A stretch of DNA of 64,000 nucleotides from an uncultured Alphaproteobacteria bacterium (lineage in GTDB: Bacteria > Pseudomonadota > Alphaproteobacteria > Rhizobiales > Xanthobacteraceae), in contig CAWBSI010000028.1 in NCBI GenBank assembly GCA_963791375.1, forward strand, positions 102,058 through 166,057. The letters are read 5' to 3'. The position numbers and the translations under genes are program-made. This document shows positions 9,295 through 18,065 of this stretch, piece by piece. The notes below the pieces were generated by a model. The model ran no database searches. It saw only the letters and a program-made list of their open reading frames with translations, and was not told the DNA's origin. Each line of letters starts with the position of its first letter. Within the stretch, counting starts at the first letter, position 1.

Positions 9295-10338
9295 CTATTC
9301 GGCGGCGGCGGGCGCGGCAGCCGACTGCTCTTCCCGGTGGATGCGGTCGAGGATGCGGCGGGCCTGGATGAGGCCGTTGTCGGCATTGATGTCGATCTGC
9401 GGCGCACCGGGCAGAACCGTCATGTTGCGCTGCTGGGCCTCGAACACGGCGACGTCCTCCAGGAACGCCGTGTTGATCTGGTCGACCAGCATGTCGGTGG
9501 TGGCACGGTTGTGAATGTCCCAGTCATGGGCCTGGCCCCAGAAATAGTGACTGGTCGTCTCGGTTTCCGGCGTCACGGCGTTGAGGTTGCGCATGTTGAT
9601 GCCACCGACGCGGTGGCCTTGCGGCGCCCCGGTGCCGGTCGGCGAGCAGCCGACATCGAGCCGCAGGAACGCCGGCGGAACGAAGTCGATGATCTGCCAG
9701 CGATCGACGTTGGCCGTGAAGCCGCCGGCCTTGACGAAGGTCGGCGGCGCCGGCGCATCGATGATCCAGCGGGTCACCACCACGTTGTTCGGGGCTCGCT
9801 CGACCTTGACCTTTGCATTCTCCACCAGCGCGGCATTGCCGATGGTGGTTTCATGCACGAAGGCGAGATGAGTCAGGTCCAGCAGATTGTCGACGATCAG
9901 CTGCCAGTTCGCCTTGACATGCAGGTACTGCCCCTTGGCGCCCCAGGCGGGATCGTCGAACCAGTGGAAGTCGGTAATGTCAGCTGGATCGGCGAGCGCA
10001 GGGTCGCCCATCCAGATCCACAGCCAGTGGTAACGCTCGACCACCGGATAGGTCTTGACGCGGGCCGCGGGCGGGATGGTGTCCTGCCCCGGCACCTTCA
10101 CGCAGGCGCCGGTCGCATCGTAGCGCAGCCCGTGATAGTGGCATTGCAGGGTGTCCCCCACCAGCTTGCCCATCGACAAGGGAAGATGGCGATGGGCGCA
10201 GCGGTCCTCGAATGCCACCGGCGTGCCGTCCTCCTTGCGGAAGAACACCACGGGCTCGCCGAGAATCATCCGCCCCAGGGGCTTGCGCCCGATTTCGCGG
10301 TCATGGGCGGCGACGTACCAGAAGTTTCGCAGGAACAT
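9295..10338 (-). CDS. Rieske [2Fe-2S] aromatic oxygenase, VanA/phthalate-family oxygenase component
   Basis: ATG 10338 gives MFLRNFWYVAAHDREI... It has the Rieske motif CAHRHLPLS...CHYHGLRYD and a catalytic-domain region DNLLDLTHLAFVHETT. No partner reductase gene is adjacent. Confidence 0.85.
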   Translation of the reverse strand: MFLRNFWYVAAHDREIGRKPLGRMILGEPVVFFRKEDGTPVAFEDRCAHRHLPLSMGKLVGDTLQCHYHGLRYDATGACVKVPGQDTIPPAARVKTYPVVERYHWLWIWMGDPALADPADITDFHWFDDPAWGAKGQYLHVKANWQLIVDNLLDLTHLAFVHETTIGNAALVENAKVKVERAPNNVVVTRWIIDAPAPPTFVKAGGFTANVDRWQIIDFVPPAFLRLDVGCSPTGTGAPQGHRVGGINMRNLNAVTPETETTSHYFWGQAHDWDIHNRATTDMLVDQINTAFLEDVAVFEAQQRNMTVLPGAPQIDINADNGLIQARRILDRIHREEQSAAAPAAAE

Positions 10339-10432
10339 GGTCGCTTCCTCGCAGCTGTCGGCCAAAGTCTAGCGCCTTCTCCCTGCCTTTGCAGGGCCTT
10401 TGCAGGGAGGAGGACCGGCCGCGCCGACAGGC

Positions 10433-10630
10433 CTACAGCATATCCTTGATTGCGCGAATGAGGTTCCTGTCGATGCTGATCATCGCCCCCTCCAGCGGCA
10501 GGTCGAGGGCTTTGCGCTCGTCGGCGGACACGGCTCGCCCCTGCAGCACGATTCGGCCGTCGGAAGTGAGGAAGATCGAGGACGCGCTGTCCGCACCATC
10601 CCGCCAGACCAGTTCGACCCTGAAGTTCAC
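10433..10630 (-). CDS. hypothetical small protein (65 aa)
   Basis: GTG 10630 is preceded by AGGGAG at 7-nt spacing. The product is VNFRVELVWRDGADSASSIFLTSDGRIVLQGRAVSADERKALDLPLEGAMISIDRNLIRAIKDML. I recognise no family, and the longer track ORF is antisense to the FAH gene. Confidence 0.45.
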   Translation of the reverse strand: MNFRVELVWRDGADSASSIFLTSDGRIVLQGRAVSADERKALDLPLEGAMISIDRNLIRAIKDML

Positions 10631-10660
10631 GACGATGCTCCCTCTGTCCGCGGTCCGATC

Positions 10661-10696
10661 GCAACGGTTCGTTGTGCCCGGGCAACGGTTCGTTGT
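10661..10696. promoter_or_regulatory. twin 15-bp boxes GCAACGGTTCGTTGT (candidate operator) in a divergent promoter region
   Basis: Exact copies lie at 10661-10675 and 10682-10696 (21-bp period). Each holds the palindrome CAACG-GTT-CGTTG. They lie between the small ORF (start 10630) and the FAH-family operon (start 10757). Confidence 0.45.
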
Positions 10697-10756
10697 CGCC
10701 TGCATCCGCGAATGATAATGGAAGAGCCTACGCGGAAGCGATGCGGGAGACCGGGA

Positions 10757-11539
10757 ATGATCTGGTGCCGATTTCAGAAGGGTAATTCGACCTCCTACGG
10801 AATCGTGGAAGGCGATACCGTCACGGCCGTCGAGGGCGATCCCTTCACGACGCACCGCGTCACCGCGAACACGTTTCCGTTGCGGGACGTGAAGCTCCTG
10901 GTTCCCGTCATGCCCGGCACGTTCTACGCGATCGGCTCGAATTATCGCAACCACGTCGAGGGGCGGGCCAAGATCAAGGGCACCGCGCCGAAATTCTACG
11001 ACACGCCGCGGGTCGGCTACCGCGCCAACAGCGCGCTGATTGCAACCGGAGAAACCATCGTGAAGCCGCGGGATGCCGGCCCCCACTTCGAATATGAGGC
11101 CGAACTCGTCGCGGTGGTCGGCAAGACCGTCCGCAACGTCACACCGGCCGAGGCGACCGCTGCGATCTTCGGCTGGACCATCGGCAACGACGTGAGCGAG
11201 CGCGACTGGCAGAAGTCCGATCCCACCAACCTGCGCGCCAAGAATTCCGACACGTTCAAGCCGATGGGCCCCTGGATCGTGACCGGCATCGATCCCGCTT
11301 CCATGACCACCCATGTGCGGCGCAACGGCAAGACGCTGCACAGCTTCGCCGCCGGCAACATGATCTTCAGCCCCGGCGAAGTGATCAGCGCGATCTCCAA
11401 ATACAACACCTTGTCACCCGGTGACGTCGTGTGGCTCGGCACCGACGAAGTGCCGGAAAGCCTTCACCCCGGCGACGTCCTGGAGATCGAGGTCACGGGC
11501 ATCGGAACTTTGACGAGCCGCGTCGCGGCGCAGGCGTGA
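10757..11539 (+). CDS. fumarylacetoacetate hydrolase (FAH) family protein
   Basis: ATG 10757 gives MIWCRFQKGNSTSYGIVEGD... Family motifs are FYAIGSNYRNH, EYEAELVAVVGK, GWTIGNDVSERDWQ and SPGDVVWLGT. Confidence 0.85.
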   Translation: MIWCRFQKGNSTSYGIVEGDTVTAVEGDPFTTHRVTANTFPLRDVKLLVPVMPGTFYAIGSNYRNHVEGRAKIKGTAPKFYDTPRVGYRANSALIATGETIVKPRDAGPHFEYEAELVAVVGKTVRNVTPAEATAAIFGWTIGNDVSERDWQKSDPTNLRAKNSDTFKPMGPWIVTGIDPASMTTHVRRNGKTLHSFAAGNMIFSPGEVISAISKYNTLSPGDVVWLGTDEVPESLHPGDVLEIEVTGIGTLTSRVAAQA

Positions 11540-11553
11540 ACCGGACACGCGCC

Positions 11554-12390
11554 ATGGAGATCATCGATTCCCAGGTTCACCTGTGGCCGGCCGACCGCCC
11601 GGACCGGCCGCTCGATCATCATGGACTGGACCGGCCGCCGTTCGGCTATGAGGAGTTGATCGCAGCGATGGACCGCGCCGGGGTAGACCGTGCGATCCTG
11701 GTGCCTCCGTCCTTCGAGGCCGACCGCAACGACTACGCCATCGAGGCAGTGCAGAAGCATCCCGGCCGTTTCGCCATCATGGGCCGGGTGCCGCTCGAGG
11801 GCGGCGCCGGGCGGGGCCTGCTCAGGGGATGGAAGGCGCAGCCGGGCATGCTGGGCGTCCGCCTCACCTTCCATCGCAAGGAAGACCGGCCCTGGCTCAC
11901 CGACGGCACCGCGGACTGGTTCTGGGGCGAGGCGGAGGAAAACGACATTCCCGTGATGGTGCACGCGCCGGAACGGTTGGCCGTGATCGGCGATATCGCC
12001 GCGCGCCATCCGGCGCTGCGCATCATCGTCGATCACATGGGGTTTGCGCGCGAGACGATGGACGAGGCCGCCGAAGCCGGAGCCGACCGCATGATCGCGC
12101 TCGCACCTCATCCCAATGTGTTCGTCAAGGTCTCGGCGCTGCCGTGCTTTTCCACCGCGCCCTACCCGTTCGCCAATCTCTGCGCGCCGCTGCGCAAGGT
12201 GATCGAAGCATTCGGGCTGCAGCGCGCCTTCTGGGGAAGCGACATCACCCGCGTGCCCTCGACCTGTACCTACCGGCAGGTGGTGACGCATTTCACCGAG
12301 GAGCTGGATTTCCTCTCCGCCAGTGACCTCGAATGGATCATGGGGCGCGGCCTCGCCGCCTGCTTGCGCTGGCCGGAGGCACGGGCATGA
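11554..12390 (+). CDS. amidohydrolase-2 family protein (LigI/ACMSD-like metal-dependent hydrolase)
   Basis: ATG 11554 gives MEIIDSQVHLW..., followed by VDRAILVPPS, PVMVHA, IVDHMG and FWGSD, the pattern of the amidohydrolase-2 superfamily. Confidence 0.75.
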   Translation: MEIIDSQVHLWPADRPDRPLDHHGLDRPPFGYEELIAAMDRAGVDRAILVPPSFEADRNDYAIEAVQKHPGRFAIMGRVPLEGGAGRGLLRGWKAQPGMLGVRLTFHRKEDRPWLTDGTADWFWGEAEENDIPVMVHAPERLAVIGDIAARHPALRIIVDHMGFARETMDEAAEAGADRMIALAPHPNVFVKVSALPCFSTAPYPFANLCAPLRKVIEAFGLQRAFWGSDITRVPSTCTYRQVVTHFTEELDFLSASDLEWIMGRGLAACLRWPEARA

Positions 12391-13367
12391 GCAGAATAGG
12401 CATGGCAACCCGGTTCGCGGCGGCGCTGTATATCGCCCTCGTCGCTGTTTCGGCCGCTTGCGCACAGAGCCGGTTTCCGACCCGCCCGATCCGGATCGTC
12501 TCGCCGTTCGCGGCAGGTTCGGTATCGGACGTCTCGCTGCGGATCATGGCGGACAAGCTCGGCGCGCGGATCAACGGCCAGGTCATCATCGACAACCAGC
12601 CGCGTGCCGGCGGCATCACCGCCGTGCTCGCCGTGCTTTCTGCGCCGCCGGACGGCTACACCATCGCGCTGCTGGGCAGTTCCACCGCGATCGCCCCATC
12701 GCTGTTCAAGCAGCTGCCCTACGATCCCGTGCGGGATTTCGCGCCGGTGTGCGGCTTCACCAGCTTTGCCAATATTTTCGCGACCGGCGCCGCGTCGCCC
12801 TACCGCTCGCTCGGCGATGTCATCGCCGCCGCGCGCAACCGGCCGGGAACCTTGAACGTGGGCACCACCACGGTCGGGTCGACCAATCACCTGACCGCGA
12901 CTTTGTTCCGGAGGATGGCCAGCATTGACTTCGTCATCGTCCCCTATCGCACCCCACCGGAGCTCCTCACCGCGGCGCTGCGCAACGACGTCGACATGAT
13001 CGTCCAATCCTACGGCGCGCTGCGCCCGGCGATCGAGGACCGCGAACTCCGCCCGCTCGCCAGCGCCACCGCCGATCGCGCCGCCTACATGCCGGACATT
13101 CCGACGGTGCGGGAGGCCGGCATCGCCGGCTTCGAGGTGATTTCCTGGAACGGCTTCTTCGTGCCGACGACAACGCCGCCGGATGTCATCGCGCTGCTCA
13201 ACCGCGAGTTCTACGCAGTGTTGCAGGACGACCAGTTGCGCAAGCGATTCGCCGCATTCGGCCTCGAGCCGCTGGCGAGCACACCCGCATGGCTCGGCGA
13301 CCACATGGCAAGCGAGGTCGAAAAATGGGCACGCGTCGTGGCTGATGCGGGGATCGAGAAACAATAG
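12387..13367 (+). CDS. Bug/TctC-family periplasmic substrate-binding protein
   Basis: ATG 12387 overlaps the upstream stop (ATGA). It has a signal peptide (AALYIALVAVSAACAQ) and the motifs PIRIVSPFAAGSVSD, DNQPRAGG and PPDGYTIALL. Confidence 0.85.
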   Translation: MSRIGMATRFAAALYIALVAVSAACAQSRFPTRPIRIVSPFAAGSVSDVSLRIMADKLGARINGQVIIDNQPRAGGITAVLAVLSAPPDGYTIALLGSSTAIAPSLFKQLPYDPVRDFAPVCGFTSFANIFATGAASPYRSLGDVIAAARNRPGTLNVGTTTVGSTNHLTATLFRRMASIDFVIVPYRTPPELLTAALRNDVDMIVQSYGALRPAIEDRELRPLASATADRAAYMPDIPTVREAGIAGFEVISWNGFFVPTTTPPDVIALLNREFYAVLQDDQLRKRFAAFGLEPLASTPAWLGDHMASEVEKWARVVADAGIEKQ

Positions 13368-13406
13368 TGGTGACCCGCCGGAGCGCCGGCTGAACACGGT
13401 GGAAAC

Positions 13407-14450
13407 ATGAAGGTTGGACTGTTCGATCACGTCGAGCGCGCGGACCGCTCATTCGCCACCCTGCTCGACGAGCGGCTGACATTCGCGTCCGCCGCCGACG
13501 AGGCCGGCATTTATTGCCTGCATGTCGCCGAGCATCACTGCACGCCGCTCAACATGGTGCCGGTGCCCGGCGTCTATCTCGCCGCGGTGGCGCGGGCCAC
13601 CAAGCGGATGCGGCTCGGACCGCTGGTCTATCTGTTGCCGCTCTATTCGCCGCTGCGGCTGATCGAGGAAATCTGCATGCTCGACCAGCTGAGCCACGGT
13701 CGCTACGAGGTCGGCGTCGGCCGCGGGGTGTCGCCGTTCGAGCTCAACTACCACCAGGTCGATCACGACAAGTCGCGCGACATCTTCATCGACGCCTTCG
13801 AATGCATCAGCGCCGGCCTGACTTCGGACCCCTTCAGCTATTCCGGCCCGCATTACAAATACGCCAATGTGCCGATGCCGCTGCGGCCGGCGCAGCATCC
13901 GCATCCGGCGTTCTGGTACGGGTCCTCCAACGCGGTGGGCTCGACCTTCGCCGGCGAGCGCGGCATGCATTTCCTGAGCCTGGGGCCGACCGGTTTCGCC
14001 AAGGGCAATATCGACGCTTACCACGCGGCGCTCGCCAAACGCGGCGGCGCCGCCCAGCCCAAGGCCGAATTCCCAGGCGGCGCCGCGATTGGCGTGCTGC
14101 GCAACGTCGTCGTCGCCGATACCGATGCGGAGGCCCGGCGGATCGCCGCGCCCGCCATGGCGCACCATCTCGCATGCCTGAACTGGCTGCGCGACCTGCA
14201 CGGCGCAAACGACGCCACCGCGCGCATCAACGTGCCGCGCCCGGCGACGCTGGAAGACGGCATCAAGGAGGGTTCGGTGATCGCGGGAAGCCCCGATACC
14301 GTCGTCGAAGCGATCGAGCAGCAGACGGCCGCGCTCGGCATCAACTATCTCCTGGCCTATCTGTTTTTCGGCAACATGACGCTCGCCGAGGCGCTGCGCT
14401 CGCTGCAATTGTTTCGCAGCGAGGTCATGCCGCGCATCGCGCATCTGTAA
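13407..14450 (+). CDS. LLM-class (luciferase-like) flavin-dependent monooxygenase
   Basis: MKVGLFDHVERAD...YCLHVAEHHCTP...LRLIEEICMLDQLSHGRYEVGVGRG, typical of luciferase-like monooxygenases. Confidence 0.8.
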   Translation: MKVGLFDHVERADRSFATLLDERLTFASAADEAGIYCLHVAEHHCTPLNMVPVPGVYLAAVARATKRMRLGPLVYLLPLYSPLRLIEEICMLDQLSHGRYEVGVGRGVSPFELNYHQVDHDKSRDIFIDAFECISAGLTSDPFSYSGPHYKYANVPMPLRPAQHPHPAFWYGSSNAVGSTFAGERGMHFLSLGPTGFAKGNIDAYHAALAKRGGAAQPKAEFPGGAAIGVLRNVVVADTDAEARRIAAPAMAHHLACLNWLRDLHGANDATARINVPRPATLEDGIKEGSVIAGSPDTVVEAIEQQTAALGINYLLAYLFFGNMTLAEALRSLQLFRSEVMPRIAHL

Positions 14451-14479
14451 ATCCAGAAGTCGAAATCGGCGCAGCGGCG

Positions 14480-14875
14480 CTACCTCTCGAACGCCGCGTC
14501 GATCGGCACGCGATAGCCGTTGGCGAGACGGTTGGTCTCGTTCGCCATTCCGACCACCGCCATCAGCTCGCCGAACATTTCCTCGGACATGCCGGCCTTG
14601 CGCGCGGAGGCGGTATGGCTCGCGATGCAGTAACCACAGCCGTTGGTGACGCTCACGGCGACGTAGATCAGCTCCTTGACCAGCGGGCTCAGCGCGCCCG
14701 CGGACATCACTTCCTTGATGCTTTGCCAGGTCCGCTCCAGGCCCGCGGGATCATGGGCCAGATACTTCCAGAAATTGTTGACGTCCTCGACATTGCGGCA
14801 CCGCTTGATATCGTCGAACACCGCGCGCACCCGCGGCGACGCGTCGGCATATTCGATCGGCTGTTGCCGGCTCAT
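14480..14875 (-). CDS. carboxymuconolactone decarboxylase (AhpD-like) family protein
   Basis: 131 aa from ATG 14875, with KELIYVAVSVTNGCGYCIASH (CxxC motif of the CMD/AhpD fold). The remainder of track ORF 14480-15559 is antisense to the next gene. Confidence 0.75.
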   Translation of the reverse strand: MSRQQPIEYADASPRVRAVFDDIKRCRNVEDVNNFWKYLAHDPAGLERTWQSIKEVMSAGALSPLVKELIYVAVSVTNGCGYCIASHTASARKAGMSEEMFGELMAVVGMANETNRLANGYRVPIDAAFER

Positions 14876-15001
14876 GAACGTGTCTCCTGTTCCATCGAAC
14901 GCTATTTTCCACCACATTCGGCACGCCCGCCATGACACAGTTGTGCATGCCTGCCGGCTGAAACGAAAGGTCTCCGGCAGGACGCCGGGAAGGAGTTGGC
15001 A

Positions 15002-15904
15002 ATGACGCCAGTCGTCGACAAGGACATCCCCGTTTGCGCCCCGCCGGATCCGGCGACGCGTGCGCCCAAGTTCAAGTTTCCGCCGCTCGCATGCGACTGC
15101 CATGCCCACATTTGCGGACCTCAGGCGGTCTACGAGTATATCCCGGAGCGCATCTATTCGCCGCCCGACGCGCTGCTCGCGGATTATCGCCGGCTGCTGG
15201 GGGCGCTCGGCTGCGAGCGCGCGGTGCTGGTGCAGCCGAGCTTCTACGGCACCGACAACTCCGCCATGCTGGCGGCGATGAAGGAGGCCGGGTCGGCTTT
15301 CCGCGGCGTTGCCGTCGTCGCCGACGATGCGACCCCGCGCGACCTCGAAGAGATGCATGCGGCGGGTATTCGCGGCGCGCGGCTCAACATCGTCGATCTG
15401 CGCGAGGGCAAAGGACGGTTGCCGGTCGAGCGCATCGAGCGGCTCGCGGAGCGCATCAAGCCGTTCGGCTGGCATATCGAGTTCCTGATGCATGTCGACG
15501 AATTTCCCGACCTCGACCGCATGCTGGAAAAGCTGCCTGTCGACGTCGTGTTCGGACACCTCGGCTATGTCCGCAGCGAAAAGGGAACGGCAGTGTCGGG
15601 ATTCCAGGCGCTGCTGCGCCTGCTGCGCGGCGGCCGCGCCTGGGTCAAATTCACCGGCCCCTATCGGATTTCATCGCTGGCCTTGCCGCACGCGGACACC
15701 ATTGAATTCGCCCACATGCTGATTGCGGCCGCGCCCGATCGCGTCGTCTGGGGATCCGATTGGCCTCATGTGATGACCAAATGGGCGATTCCGATGCCCA
15801 ATGACGGCGCATTGGCCGACCTGCTTCTCGATTGGATTTCCGACCCGGCGCTGCGCAACCGGGTGCTCGCGGACAATCCGGCGGCGCTCTACGGGTGGGA
15901 TTAG
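15002..15904 (+). CDS. amidohydrolase-2 family protein (2-pyrone-4,6-dicarboxylate lactonase-like)
   Basis: ATG 15002 lies 6 nt after AGGAG. Motifs are ACDCHAHICGP, AVLVQPSFYGTDN, VVFGHLG and VWGSDWPH. Confidence 0.75.
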   Translation: MTPVVDKDIPVCAPPDPATRAPKFKFPPLACDCHAHICGPQAVYEYIPERIYSPPDALLADYRRLLGALGCERAVLVQPSFYGTDNSAMLAAMKEAGSAFRGVAVVADDATPRDLEEMHAAGIRGARLNIVDLREGKGRLPVERIERLAERIKPFGWHIEFLMHVDEFPDLDRMLEKLPVDVVFGHLGYVRSEKGTAVSGFQALLRLLRGGRAWVKFTGPYRISSLALPHADTIEFAHMLIAAAPDRVVWGSDWPHVMTKWAIPMPNDGALADLLLDWISDPALRNRVLADNPAALYGWD

Positions 15905-15952
15905 ATCACGCCCCGCATATAGGAGGCGGGGCGCTACCCCGCCACTTTCAGG

Positions 15953-16351
15953 TCAACCCATTCCGGAGATCGACGCCGGTTCGATTTCGGCCAGCAGTCG
16001 CACCTCGCCGGGCTGGCCATACGGATATTTATCCTGCCCGAGATACTTCTTGGCGAGCAGGTTGATGTGGGCGTCCGCGCCCTCCTCGGTGACGCTTCGA
16101 ACCCGGCCCCGCACTTGAACGTAGCGATACGGATTATCCGGATCCATGATGGCGAGCGCCACCGGGACACCAGGTTTCAGGTTCCGCGCCTTGGTCCTGC
16201 CCTTGGCGGTATTCACGCGAACGATCCCGTTATGGTAGTCGAACCATACCGGGGTCACTTGCGGGGAACCGTCCGGCATCAGGGTCGCGATATGGGCGAA
16301 GGCTTTCTTTTGCTCGAGCAGATCGAGATACTTGTCTGGGGCCGCTGCCAT
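15953..16351 (-). CDS. pyridoxamine 5'-phosphate oxidase (PPOX) family flavoprotein
   Basis: ATG 16351 gives MAAAPDKYLDLLEQKKAFAHIATLMPDGSPQVTPVWFDYHNGIVRVNTAKGRTKARNL..., the split-barrel PPOX pattern. Confidence 0.7.
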   Translation of the reverse strand: MAAAPDKYLDLLEQKKAFAHIATLMPDGSPQVTPVWFDYHNGIVRVNTAKGRTKARNLKPGVPVALAIMDPDNPYRYVQVRGRVRSVTEEGADAHINLLAKKYLGQDKYPYGQPGEVRLLAEIEPASISGMG

Positions 16352-16620
16352 GGCTGCACTCCGTGTCACATGCCCGACTGAGGCGCTGGAACCGCCACCA
16401 TATAACATAGTCGCGCCCGTCATTCGTTCTCGCAGGCGGCCTGGCGTCGGCGCCGCTGATTGGAATTATTCCATATTCCAAATGACGGGGAAAACAGGCC
16501 CGTGAACGATCGCGGCGGAACGCCCAAGTGGCTAATTCATCGGTGCATTTTTGTTCGATTATGTCGTAGTTTATTCCGGCTGCCGCACCAGCGAGCTCAA
16601 CTCCGACGCGACGCGAAACA

Positions 16621-16646
16621 ATAAAAACCGCACGCAAAGCGTGCAG
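16621..16646 (-). terminator. Rho-independent terminator downstream of the H-NS-like gene
   Basis: The minus strand reads CTGCACGC-TTT-GCGTGCGG followed by TTTTTAT, about 105 nt after the stop at 16752. Confidence 0.6.
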
Positions 16647-16751
16647 TGGCGCGTACGCCGTCTACGTATCGGACGCACACGCCGCCAGGGCGGCGTCCGA
16701 TTATCGTTGGTTAACCGGCGACGCAAATTGCTATTATCGCCGAATATGCCG

Positions 16752-17108
16752 TCACTTCTTGGCGACGCGCTTCTTCCGCGGCTTTTTGGTGCCGTCTTTC
16801 GCGGCTCCGGAAATGCTGAAGTCGTCGAGCTTCTTTCCGGACTTGATCGCGGCAGCGAGCCAACGAGGTTTCAGCCCGCGCCCGGCCCAGGTCTCCGAGG
16901 GGTTTTCGGGGTTGCGATATTTCGGCGCAACTTTTCCCCGTACCCCACGCCCGACGGACTTCGAACGCCCACCGGACTCGAAACGAGTGAGCTTCGCAAG
17001 CTCGCTTTCGAGCGCGCGGCGCTCATCGGACACCTTCGACGCCAGCACCGCATCGATACGGTTTTTCAGTCCAACCAGCGCGTCGATCTTCATAGATTTC
17101 AAATTCAT
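16752..17108 (-). CDS. H-NS family nucleoid-associated DNA-binding protein
   Basis: 118 aa with an N-terminal coiled-coil-like region and the C-terminal motif NPENPSETWAGRGLKPRWL (H-NS T-W-x-G-R-G-x-x-P-x-W core). It is embedded in visibly AT-richer DNA. Confidence 0.8.
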   Translation of the reverse strand: MNLKSMKIDALVGLKNRIDAVLASKVSDERRALESELAKLTRFESGGRSKSVGRGVRGKVAPKYRNPENPSETWAGRGLKPRWLAAAIKSGKKLDDFSISGAAKDGTKKPRKKRVAKK

Positions 17109-18065
17109 TTTCTTCCGCTCCTTTCAGGCAAGCCCGGATTATAGCGAATGGATGACAAATGCAAGCGCAGGATTGCGCCAGCGGCATGGCTACCACAGAT
17201 GTTTATCGCCGAGTGTTTAAAATCTCTATTCAGTTCACGGTAAGGATATGGTTTGGCACGGATGCGGCGACATGCCCGGCGCCCGTTCATTCTCTCGACC
17301 GGGCACCTTTTCCAACAGTTGGCGAAATGCCTTCAACTACAACCGCGCCGTTTCAAGTGGGAACGAATTCGTCAAGAAATCTTCGTTTGTAAAGTACGCC
17401 GTGCCCCGCCAACAACCATGCACTCAATCTCGACGGCCATGGCTTCTGCCGAGACGCCGATACGACGTTCGATCGGGCGCATAACCGCGGCCGGACGCAT
17501 GAAACCGGCAATGCGCGACGCACTGAAACGTTGCCATACGGCGCGAGAAAACGAAATCGCTGCGTTAGGGAATTGGAATGCTATATCCGGCCGCCGCCGG
17601 CTCGCGACGGCGACGTCACCCATGCCTCGAACCGCGCAGATCCGAGTTTCTCGGGCGCGCAAGCGTTGCACGGCAGAGCCTCCGGGCCCGACCCGCGCCC
17701 GTGCGGCGTCGGCACGATCGGGCACGGCGGACGAGCCGCGGATTGTCATGGACGCCGCACGGCGTCTCGATCGCGACATGGCAATGTTCGCGGATAGGTC
17801 GAAAGGTCGCATGTCCATAGCCGGGCGGCACGGCGCTGTTCACGATATCGCCAAGAAGTCCGTGCAATTGCCCATTGTACATTGCAGGGCCAGCGAATAG
17901 TTTCACCGCCCGGTTCACAAGCGAGTGCGTCGTGAATCCCCCTTGAAATTTGCTGCGATCACGGTAATCCGACGCACCGCGAGGCGGGGTATTCCGTCAC
18001 AGGTAAAGGACGTCCGGGCTCGGTCGCCTCCGACCGGTCCGGCCCAAATGCCAGGAGCAAAGCAG

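Noticed and set aside
17253-17918. ORFs 17253-17900 (+), 17372-17818 (-) and 17616-17918 (-) as protein genes
   Set aside because: They overlap one another, have weak third-position GC bias and no SD or recognisable motifs. I left them unannotated and flagged the region in the findings.
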